Of a DNA stretch of 64,000 nucleotides, positions 13,897 to 21,407 are shown one piece after another. This DNA is from Actinomycetes bacterium (GTDB taxonomy: Bacteria; Actinomycetota; Acidimicrobiia; Acidimicrobiales; RAAP-2). Below the pieces are notes generated by a model. It was given only the letters and a program-made list of their open reading frames with translations. It was not told the origin of the DNA and ran no database searches. The translations under genes and the position numbers were made by a program. Within the stretch, counting starts at the first letter, position 1. Every line of letters starts with the position of its first letter. Where the stretch lies: the NCBI GenBank assembly GCA_021785695.1, contig JAJYEQ010000004.1:11840-75839 (forward strand), written 5' to 3'.

Positions 13897-13906
13897 CGAG
13901 GGCAGG

Positions 13907-15262
13907 CTACCGGGTGGGGCCGCTCGCCGGGAGGTCGCCCAGCTCGGCTCGCCAGTCGCGCGTGGCCAGGATCTCCTCCAGGCGTCGCAGGAACCGCGCG
14001 GCGTAGGCGCCGTCGATGACGCGGTGGTCGAAGGTCAAGGCGGCCAGGCCCACCGAGTGGATGGCCAGGGCCTCGCCCGCGGGCGTGTCCACGACCACCG
14101 GAGCGCGCCGCACGCCGTCGGTGGACAAGATGGCCACCTGGGGCTGGTTGATGATCGCGCCGGTCATCAGCGTGCCGAAGGGTCCCGGATTGGTGATGGT
14201 GAACGTGCCGCCGGCCGCGTCGTCGACCGTGAGGCGCTTGGACCGCGCCGCCTCGGCCAGCTGGCGGATGCGCCGCGCCAGGTCGACCAGGCTCAGGCGG
14301 TCGGCGTGGTGCACCACCGGGACCACGAGACCCGTGTCCTCGAGATCGACCGCGATGCCCAGGTGCAGGTCATGGTGCACGACGAGCGCCTGGTCGCCGA
14401 CCGACGCGTTCAGCTGGGGGAACTCCCGCAGCGCCGCCAGCGTCGCGGCCGCGTTGAAGGGGAGGTAGGTGAGCGAGAAGCCGTAGGCGGCGCGGAACGC
14501 GTCGCCGACCTGGCGCCGGACGCGCTCGACGGGCTCGTAGTCGATCTGGCGGGCCATCAGCGTGTGGGCCGACGTCGCCTTGGACCGCGTCATGTGCTCG
14601 GCCGTGCGGGCGCGCAGGCGCGAGAAGGCGATCACCTCGTCGCCGCCCGGTGGGGCCGACGTGCGCGCCGCCTCGACGTCGCGACGCGTGATCCGCCCAC
14701 CGGGCCCGGTCCCGCGAACCTGGTCGGCGCGCAGACCCGCCTCGGCCAGCAGGCGGCGCACCACCGGGGAGAGCGACGCGGCGGCCGCCGGGTGGTGACC
14801 CCGCGCTGCGGCCACCACGTCGTCACGGGTGATGCGCCCGCGCGGTCCGGTGCCCACGACCTCCTCGGCGCGCAAGCCGCTCTCGGCCAGCAGGCGGCGC
14901 ACCACCGGAGAGAGGCGCTCGTCGGCACCCCCCGGCGCGGCGGGAGTCGCGGGCGCCGGCGGCGGGGCCGGGGCGGCGTCGAGGGTCGTGGCCGAGTCGG
15001 GTGAGGCAGGGGGCACCACCACCTCGTGGGCGCCCACGATCACCGCGAGCACCGTGCCCACGTCGACGGTCATGCCCGCGGCGACGTAGATGGCCGCCAG
15101 CGTCCCGCTGGCCGGCGCCGGGATCTCGGTGTCGACCTTGTCGCTGGCCACCTCGAAGAGGGTGTCACCGCGCGCGACGGCGTCACCGACCGCCTTGAAC
15201 CACCGGGTCACGGTGCCCTCGGCCACGGTCTCGCCCAGCTGGGGCATGACGATGTCGGTCAC
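13907..15262 (-). CDS. dihydrolipoamide acyltransferase (E2 component of a 2-oxoacid/acetoin-type dehydrogenase complex)
   Basis: Lipoyl domain with EVASDKVDTEIPAP, two peripheral-subunit-binding-domain-like repeats (LSPVVRRLLAE.GLRA...GTGP.GRITR.DV) and a C-terminal catalytic domain with DHRVIDGA. The GTG at 15262 overlaps the TGA of the upstream hydrolase gene. The 598-aa track ORF is an over-extension. Confidence 0.88.
   Translation of the reverse strand: MTDIVMPQLGETVAEGTVTRWFKAVGDAVARGDTLFEVASDKVDTEIPAPASGTLAAIYVAAGMTVDVGTVLAVIVGAHEVVVPPASPDSATTLDAAPAPPPAPATPAAPGGADERLSPVVRRLLAESGLRAEEVVGTGPRGRITRDDVVAAARGHHPAAAASLSPVVRRLLAEAGLRADQVRGTGPGGRITRRDVEAARTSAPPGGDEVIAFSRLRARTAEHMTRSKATSAHTLMARQIDYEPVERVRRQVGDAFRAAYGFSLTYLPFNAAATLAALREFPQLNASVGDQALVVHHDLHLGIAVDLEDTGLVVPVVHHADRLSLVDLARRIRQLAEAARSKRLTVDDAAGGTFTITNPGPFGTLMTGAIINQPQVAILSTDGVRRAPVVVDTPAGEALAIHSVGLAALTFDHRVIDGAYAARFLRRLEEILATRDWRAELGDLPASGPTR
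14672..14914 (-). repeat. in-frame tandem duplication (141-nt period) encoding two PSBD-like modules inside the E2 gene
   Basis: GGCCAGCAGGCGGCGCACCACCGG recurs at about 14745 and 14886. The peptide LSPVVRRLLAE[S/A]GLRA occurs twice, 47 residues apart. Confidence 0.8.
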
Positions 15263-16416
15263 TGGTCGCCTCCGGCGTTCGCGGGCCGCCCGAGGCGGTC
15301 GGCCAGCCAGTCGGCGGCCGGCCCGCGGTGGCGGGTCACCACGTTGGCGCAGCCGTGGTTGCCCTCGGGGAAGGCCCACAGCGTGGCCTCGCCGCGGGCT
15401 TCGGCCACCAGGCGCTCGCCCTCGTGCCACGAGAAGAGACGGTCCTGCTGGCCCTGGATCACCAGGAGGGGGACGGTGATGCGCTCGGCGTGCCCGGCCA
15501 TGGTCAGGTCGCTGGCCCGCTGGCGCGCCGCCGCGCTGGAGGCGGCGCGCGCGCGCACCGCGAAGGCCCGCTGGGTCAGCGGGTTCAGGTCGTCGTAGGA
15601 CGCCGCGAAGTCGTAGGGGCCCGACAGGGCGACGACGGCCCGCAGCCCCAGGTCGGCCGCGGCTAGGCGCGCCGCGTAGTAGCCGCCCAGGCTGACGCCC
15701 CACACGCCCACGCGCGAGACGTCCAGGTCAGGCTGGGTCGCCAGGTGGGCGAGGACCGCCTCGCCCACCGGCGCCCAGTCCGGGCGGATGGGCCACTCCC
15801 CCTCCGCCTCGCCTTGACCGGGCCCGTCGAGGGAGGCCGTCGCCAGGCCCCGGTCCAGGAATGCGCGCTCCACCTCGCCGAACTCCTCCTTGGTCGAGTC
15901 GAGCCCGGGGATCAGGATCACCACCGGATGGGGGCCCGGCCCCGCCGGCGTGCGCACCAGCGCGACCAGGTGGCCGCCCTCGAAGGCGACGAGCTCGCGC
16001 CGGCCCGGGGGCGCCAGCTCGGGCAGCGCGCGCGTCAGGGCGGCGACGGCCCGCTGGTGGGCGGCGCGCTCCTGGTCGCGGTCGTGGACGAAGAGGAACC
16101 GCCCGAAGTGGTAGTGGTGGGCGGCGCGCGCGTCGAACTCGCCGGCGCTGCGCGCGTGGCCGGCGGCCCGGCTGGAGGTGGCCAGCTCGGCGTACGCGTC
16201 GGCGGCCGCGCCCCAGGCGCCGCACCAGTCGTCCCAGCGCGCGATGGCCGCCGTGATGCGGGCGAAGTCGGCCCCGTCCACCCCGTTGGCCACGAAACGC
16301 GGCTCCCAGTTGGCGATGGCCGTCTCGACCAGCGGATCGGCCACGTCCCCCCCTTGGTGTCGACGTCGTTGGCCGTTGATGGTAGCGACCGAGGGTCGGT
16401 GCCGGTTCTCCGACAC
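15259..16416 (-). CDS. alpha/beta-fold hydrolase (FrsA/DUF1100-like esterase family, function unknown)
   Basis: Nucleophile elbow GVWGVSLGG, then downstream D and H (EGNHGC). The stop overlaps the E2 start. An alternative start is the GTG at 16344, behind a G-rich SD (AAGGGGGGG). Confidence 0.75.
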   Translation of the reverse strand: MSENRHRPSVATINGQRRRHQGGDVADPLVETAIANWEPRFVANGVDGADFARITAAIARWDDWCGAWGAAADAYAELATSSRAAGHARSAGEFDARAAHHYHFGRFLFVHDRDQERAAHQRAVAALTRALPELAPPGRRELVAFEGGHLVALVRTPAGPGPHPVVILIPGLDSTKEEFGEVERAFLDRGLATASLDGPGQGEAEGEWPIRPDWAPVGEAVLAHLATQPDLDVSRVGVWGVSLGGYYAARLAAADLGLRAVVALSGPYDFAASYDDLNPLTQRAFAVRARAASSAAARQRASDLTMAGHAERITVPLLVIQGQQDRLFSWHEGERLVAEARGEATLWAFPEGNHGCANVVTRHRGPAADWLADRLGRPANAGGDQ

Positions 16417-16480
16417 CGTGAATTGTTTTAACCCGCCGTCGAAGAAATTTCAAGAGAAGTGACGTTGCCTTCCCTCGCGC

Positions 16481-16515
16481 CGCTCGTTAGAGTGCCCAGG
16501 TCGCTCGACGAGCGA
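16481..16515. promoter_or_regulatory. inverted-repeat element in the divergent hydrolase-E2 / E1 intergenic region (candidate operator)
   Basis: Perfect 15-nt palindrome TCGCTCGACGAGCGA (16501-16515) plus a third CGCTCG half-site at 16481-16486. It lies in a locally AT-richer intergenic stretch. Confidence 0.3.
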
Positions 16516-16629
16516 GCGGGGCGTCGGCGCGCATCTAGTGGGAAGTCGTGGTGACCGCGGACGGGCCATCGATCCTGACCCACTTCCCGGCCCACGACCT
16601 GCTGATCGCCCACGAGTACTAGGAGGCTC

Positions 16630-17634
16630 ATGACGTCAACCCAGACCGCCGGCTCCACCGACCTGGCCCGCCAGGTCGCGATGTACCGCACGCAGGTGGC
16701 GCTGCGCGCCTTCGAGACGCGCGCCTACGACCTGTTCTTGGAGAACCTGGTCAAGGGGACGAGCCACCTGTCGTTGGGCCAGGAGGCGATCGCCGCGGGC
16801 GTGGCGGCCGCCATGGCGCCCGACGACTGGACCTTCGCCACCTACCGGGGCCACGCGCACACGCTGGCCCGCGGCGTGCCCATGACCCCGGTGCTGGCCG
16901 AGCTGCTCGGGCGCCGCAACGGCCTGATGCGGGGCAAGGGCGGCTCCATGCACCTGACCAGCGTCACCCACGGCGTGATGGGCTCCTACGCCGTCATCGG
17001 CTCGCACCTGCCGATCGCCTGCGGGGCCGCCTGGTCGGCCCAGTACCGCGGGACCGACCAGGTGGCGGTGTGCTTCTTCGGCGACGGCACGACCAACATC
17101 GGCGCCTTCCACGAGGCCCTGAACTTCGCGGCCATCTGGCACCTGCCGGTGGTCTTTGTCTGCGAGAACAACCTGTGGATGGAGTACACCCGCACCAGCG
17201 AGGTGACGGCCGTGGCCCACCCGGCCGCCGACCGCGCCAGCGCCTACGGGCTCGAGCCGATCCTGGTGGACGGCAACGACGCCGACGCGGTCTACGAGGT
17301 GGCCCGCACGGCCCTCGCCCGGGCGCGCGCCGGCCAGGGCCCCAGCCTCATCGAGGCCGAGACCTACCGCCACGGAGGCCACAGCCGCGCCGACCCGGGG
17401 ACCTACCGCCCCGACGACGAGGTCGAGGCGTGGCTGGCCCGCGACCCGCTCCCGATGTACCGGGCCCGGCTCGCGGCCAGCGGGGTGGGCGAGGACGAGC
17501 TGGCGGCCCTCGAGGCGCAGGTCGCCGACGAGGTCGAGGAGGCGACGCGGGAGGCGCGTGCCGGCGAGCAGCCGGGCGAGGACCTGCTGTTCGCCGATGT
17601 GTGGGCTGACGGAGGATCCGCATGGCGCAACTGA
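16630..17634 (+). CDS. TPP-dependent 2-oxoacid/acetoin dehydrogenase E1 alpha subunit
   Basis: TPP-binding motif GDGTTNIGAFHEALNFAAIWHLPVVFVCENN. RBS AGGAGG at 16621-16626. 334 aa. Confidence 0.9.
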   Translation: MTSTQTAGSTDLARQVAMYRTQVALRAFETRAYDLFLENLVKGTSHLSLGQEAIAAGVAAAMAPDDWTFATYRGHAHTLARGVPMTPVLAELLGRRNGLMRGKGGSMHLTSVTHGVMGSYAVIGSHLPIACGAAWSAQYRGTDQVAVCFFGDGTTNIGAFHEALNFAAIWHLPVVFVCENNLWMEYTRTSEVTAVAHPAADRASAYGLEPILVDGNDADAVYEVARTALARARAGQGPSLIEAETYRHGGHSRADPGTYRPDDEVEAWLARDPLPMYRARLAASGVGEDELAALEAQVADEVEEATREARAGEQPGEDLLFADVWADGGSAWRN

Positions 17635-18599
17635 CGTTTCGCGAGGCCATCGCGCGGGGCATCGCCCAAGAGATGCGCCGTGACCCGACGGTCGTGATGC
17701 TGGGCGAGGACGTGGCCGCGGCCGGCGGCGTCTTCAAGGGGACCGTCGGCCTGCTCGACGAGTTCGGCCCGCGCCGCGTGCGCGACACGCCCATCAGCGA
17801 GCAGGCCATCCTCGGGGCCGCGATGGGCGCGGCCATGACGGGCCTGCGGCCCATCGCCGAGATCATGTTCTCGGACTTCTTCGCGGTGTGCTGGGACATC
17901 GTGGTCAACGAGATCGCCAAGAGCCGCTACATGACCGACGGCCAGGTGTCCTTCCCGCTGGTCATCCGCTCGGGCAACGGCGGGGGCCTGCGCTTTGGGG
18001 CCCAGCACTCCCAGAGCGTGGAGAACTGGGCCATGATGATCCCCGGCCTCAAGGTCGTCGTGCCGGCCAGCGCCCGCGACGTCATCGGCCTGATGGCCGC
18101 GGCGGTGCGCGACCCGGACCCCGTGGTGTTCCTCGAGGCCAAGGCGCTCTACCCGACCAAGATGGACGTGCCCGACGGCGAGATTGTCGACGCGCTGGGC
18201 GTGGCCCGCGTGCTGCGCAACGGCGACGACGCGACGGTGCTGGCCCTGGGCTCGATGGTCCCGCGCACGCTGGCGGCCGCCGAGCGCCTGGCCGGCGAGG
18301 GGATCTCGGTGACCGTGATCGACGTGCGCTCGCTCATCCCCCTCGACACCGCCACCATTTTGCGCGAGGTCGCTCGCACCGGGCGCCTGTTCACGGTGGA
18401 GGAGAACCCGCGGGTGCTGGGCTGGGGCGCCGAGATCGCCGCCGTGGTCAGCGAGGAGATCTTCTACGACCTCGACGGTCCCATCGTGCGCATCACCACG
18501 CCGCACATCCCCCTGCCGGCGGCCGACGCCCTCGAGGACCTGGCGATCCCCTCGGTCGAGCGGATCGCGACCACCATCGCCAAGGCGCTCAGCGACTGA
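17622..18599 (+). CDS. 2-oxoacid/acetoin dehydrogenase E1 beta subunit
   Basis: Transketolase-like pyrimidine-binding and C-terminal domains (VVMLGEDV..GGVFK.T.GL...FG..RV.DTPISE). RBS GGAGGA at 17611-17616. It overlaps the E1 alpha end by 13 nt. Confidence 0.9.
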   Translation: MAQLTFREAIARGIAQEMRRDPTVVMLGEDVAAAGGVFKGTVGLLDEFGPRRVRDTPISEQAILGAAMGAAMTGLRPIAEIMFSDFFAVCWDIVVNEIAKSRYMTDGQVSFPLVIRSGNGGGLRFGAQHSQSVENWAMMIPGLKVVVPASARDVIGLMAAAVRDPDPVVFLEAKALYPTKMDVPDGEIVDALGVARVLRNGDDATVLALGSMVPRTLAAAERLAGEGISVTVIDVRSLIPLDTATILREVARTGRLFTVEENPRVLGWGAEIAAVVSEEIFYDLDGPIVRITTPHIPLPAADALEDLAIPSVERIATTIAKALSD

Positions 18600-19365
18600 G
18601 ACTGGCCGGGGGCGCCTCGGCCCAGGGGAACCCCCGGGTGGCCCGCCAGTGGCCGTCGGCGTCCACGACCAGGCCCTCGTAGTGCGCGAGGGCCTCGAGG
18701 CGCGCGAGCACCACGTCGCCGCCCACGGCCAGGGCGGTGGCCAGGGCGTCGCAGAGGCCCGGATCGGGTCCGGCGACGCTGGCCGAGGCCGCCCGGGCGG
18801 CCGCCGCACCGGCGAAGGGGTCGATCAGGTGCCCGGCCTGTTGGGCCGTCCCCGAGGTGGCCAAGGCCCCGGTGAGGCGCACCACGCCGGTGAGGGCCCC
18901 CGGGTCCCCGGGGGCGGCGATGCCGATGCGGAAGGGCTGCCCGCCCAGGTCGCCGAAGGACGCCAGGTCACCCGCGGCGTTGACCAGCGCCCCGGCGACC
19001 TGGGGGTGGCGCAGGTCCTCCAGGGCCTGCCCGGCGGCCCACCCCTTCACGTAGCCGGTCGGGTCGACGCCCCCGGGCAGGTGCCAGGGATCGAACCAGC
19101 CGCCCGAGAGGCGGTGGGCCTCGCGGCACGCGTCGAGCACCCGGGGCACCTCGGGCGGCATCTCGGCCAGCGTCGCCTCGCCCCGGCGCAGGCGGCTGAG
19201 CGGGCTCTGGTCGCGGTAGGTGGAGAAGACCCGGTCGATCTGGCGCAGCGTCGCGGCCGCGCGCGTCGCGAGGTCGTCGACGACGACGTCGAGGCCCTCG
19301 CCGAACAGGTCGAGGGTCACGATGGTCCCCATCGCCTCGACGCGGCGGTGCCAGGCGCCGCTCAC
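18589..19365 (-). CDS. apbE: FAD:protein FMN transferase (ApbE family)
   Basis: AMGTIVTL, FSTYRDQSPLSRL, GGWFDP, GYVKGWA, ATSGT..Q.GHLIDP and CDALATAL blocks match the ApbE family order. No obvious signal peptide or lipobox at the N-terminus. Confidence 0.8.
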   Translation of the reverse strand: MSGAWHRRVEAMGTIVTLDLFGEGLDVVVDDLATRAAATLRQIDRVFSTYRDQSPLSRLRRGEATLAEMPPEVPRVLDACREAHRLSGGWFDPWHLPGGVDPTGYVKGWAAGQALEDLRHPQVAGALVNAAGDLASFGDLGGQPFRIGIAAPGDPGALTGVVRLTGALATSGTAQQAGHLIDPFAGAAAARAASASVAGPDPGLCDALATALAVGGDVVLARLEALAHYEGLVVDADGHWRATRGFPWAEAPPASLSR

Positions 19366-19862
19366 GACAGCTTGAGCGAGCTGAGCGCCCCCTGGAGGGA
19401 CTGGGCGAATCCGGCGCTGGTGTAGCTGGCTCCCGAGACGCCCTGGATCTTGGCGCTCTGGGCGGCCATGGCCTGCTTGATGAGCATGGGCAGCGAGACG
19501 CTGTCGACGTAGTGCGAGTAGGCGTAGGCGCCGTCACTGAGCGAGGCGATGGCGATCTTGGTGATGTGGCCACTGGCCGCCGTCACGCGCACCGAGAGCA
19601 CGCCGTAGAAGTAGTTGACCTGCGGACCGGTCGCGCTGAGGACGCCACCGCTGGCGGCGGTGGTGGCGGGCGCGGCCGGGGCGGCGGGCCCCACGGTGCC
19701 GCTACCGGAGCCGCCACTGGCCGTGGTGCTGGCCGCGGCGGGGGTGGAGGTGGTCGGCAGCGTCGAGAGGGTGATCTTCTGGGGACTCGAGCGAAACGAG
19801 AGGATGCCGAACAGCCCGGCGACGGTGCCGGCCAGAACCAAAGGAGCGCGTCGCATGCTCAA
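19362..19862 (-). CDS. FMN-binding domain protein (membrane-anchored, flavinylation target candidate)
   Basis: N-terminal TM anchor (APLVLAGTVAGLFGILSF), an A/T/S/G-rich linker and a C-terminal FMN_bind-like domain with GVSGASYTSAGF. It overlaps apbE by 4 nt. Confidence 0.7.
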   Translation of the reverse strand: MSMRRAPLVLAGTVAGLFGILSFRSSPQKITLSTLPTTSTPAAASTTASGGSGSGTVGPAAPAAPATTAASGGVLSATGPQVNYFYGVLSVRVTAASGHITKIAIASLSDGAYAYSHYVDSVSLPMLIKQAMAAQSAKIQGVSGASYTSAGFAQSLQGALSSLKLS

Positions 19863-19866
19863 CCTC

Positions 19867-21282
19867 CTAGAACGCGAATGCCTCGAGGTGGACGCGCTCG
19901 GGAGCGACCCCGGCGCGCCGGGCCGCGTCGAGCACCACGTCGGCGAACCCGGCGGGCCCGCACACGAACAGGTCCCGCTGGGCGATGTCGGGCACCAGGC
20001 GCCGCAGCGTGCGCGCGTCGAAGCGCACCTTGGTGCGCGGGCCCACCAGCTCGTGGTACTGGCCGCCGCGGGCGGCCACCAGCACGGCGATCTCCTCGCC
20101 GTGGACCAGATCCTCGGGGCGCGAGGCGCGCTGGATGACGGTGACGGCCACGTCGCGGGGCAGGTCCTCGAGCAGGGCCCGCACCGGGGTGACCCCGACG
20201 CCGGCGCCCACCAGGACGGCGCGCCGGGTGACCAGGTGGTGGTGTGTGAAGGCCCCGTAGGGGCCCTCGGCCAGCACCCGGGTCCCGGGGCGCAGATGGG
20301 CCAGGGCCCGGGACTGGGCGCCTTGGGCCTTGACGGTCACGCGCAGGAAGGGCGGCTGGGGCAGGGCCGACAGCGAGTAGGGGTGGCTGTGCCACCACAG
20401 CCCCGGGGTCACGAAGCGCCACTGGAAGAACTGGCCGCCCGCGACGGCCAGGTCCTCGAGGTGGCGCCCGCGCAGCGTGAGGCTCGTCACCCCGGGGGCG
20501 ACCTCGGCGACCTCGGCCACGCGCAGCCGGTGGCGCGCGTTGCGCCACGCCGGCAGGACCACGCGTCCGGCGACCACCGTCACGGCGAGGAGGGCCCACA
20601 GCCCGATCCAGGCGTCGCGGGCCAGCGCGTGGGTGATCAGGGGGATGCCGACGCGGATCTGGTGGAAGAAGGCCAGGCTCAAGGCCAGGTACACGTAGAC
20701 GTGGACGGTCCACCAGGTCTCGTAGCGCAGGCGCTGGCGGGCCAGGTGGTGGGAGCTCACGGCCGCCATCACCAGCAGGGCGAAGCCGACCATGGAGGCC
20801 AGGATGTCGGGGTAGTGCAGGACGAAGACCAGCACCTGGTGCAGGGGGTTGGTGTGGTCCATGGCCGCGTAGCCCAAGATGACGGACACCACGTGGATCG
20901 AGATCAGCGACACCGGCCAGGGGCCCAGGCGGCGGTGCCAGCGCGACAGCCGGTCCTGGCCCACGGCGCGCTCCAGGGCCGGGACGCGGGCCATGAGGAC
21001 CACCTGGGCCACCAGGAGGTAGCTGCCGATCAGCCCGCACAGGCGCGCCACGGCGAGGAACCAGCCTCCTGGTGCGGCCAGGGCGGCGGGCGTCTCGCCC
21101 CACAGGGCGAGGACGGTGACCGCCGCCAGGCCGACCAGCGCGACGGCGACCAGGCCGCGCACCACGGCCGGTCGCGGCTGGGGGGAGCGCCGCGGGCGTG
21201 ACGAGGCCGGCCGCGCCCACACCGGACGGGTCTCGTGAGTCGTCACGGGACGGGTCTCGTGGGTCGTCGGGGCCGCAGTCAC
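19867..21282 (-). CDS. ferric-reductase-like transmembrane protein with FAD/NAD(P)-binding domains
   Basis: N-terminal multi-TM His-containing domain, an HPYSLS FAD-binding motif and VLVGAGVGVTP NAD-binding motif. 471 aa. Confidence 0.8.
   Translation of the reverse strand: MTAAPTTHETRPVTTHETRPVWARPASSRPRRSPQPRPAVVRGLVAVALVGLAAVTVLALWGETPAALAAPGGWFLAVARLCGLIGSYLLVAQVVLMARVPALERAVGQDRLSRWHRRLGPWPVSLISIHVVSVILGYAAMDHTNPLHQVLVFVLHYPDILASMVGFALLVMAAVSSHHLARQRLRYETWWTVHVYVYLALSLAFFHQIRVGIPLITHALARDAWIGLWALLAVTVVAGRVVLPAWRNARHRLRVAEVAEVAPGVTSLTLRGRHLEDLAVAGGQFFQWRFVTPGLWWHSHPYSLSALPQPPFLRVTVKAQGAQSRALAHLRPGTRVLAEGPYGAFTHHHLVTRRAVLVGAGVGVTPVRALLEDLPRDVAVTVIQRASRPEDLVHGEEIAVLVAARGGQYHELVGPRTKVRFDARTLRRLVPDIAQRDLFVCGPAGFADVVLDAARRAGVAPERVHLEAFAF
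21224..21271 (-). repeat. 24-bp tandem duplication (21/24 identical) in the 5' end of the ferric-reductase-like gene
   Basis: GGACGGGTCTCGTGAGTCGTCACG is followed by GGACGGGTCTCGTGGGTCGTCGGG. This encodes THETRPV twice at the predicted N-terminus. Confidence 0.8.
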
Positions 21283-21407
21283 GCTGGAACGGTACTGGGG
21301 CTGCCTAAGAGTCAGGGAAGAACTGCGGCAAGGTTTCCTCGCCGCTGAGGAACTCTCAGCGGTTCGCGCGAATGGCGCGCCGCGCCGGCGGGGACGATAC
21401 TGCCCCC

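Noticed and set aside
16428-16691. 87-aa minus-strand ORF spanning the divergent intergenic region and the start of E1alpha.
   Set aside because: It overlaps the well-supported E1alpha start and RBS, has no motif, and runs across the AT-rich promoter region. It is most likely spurious.
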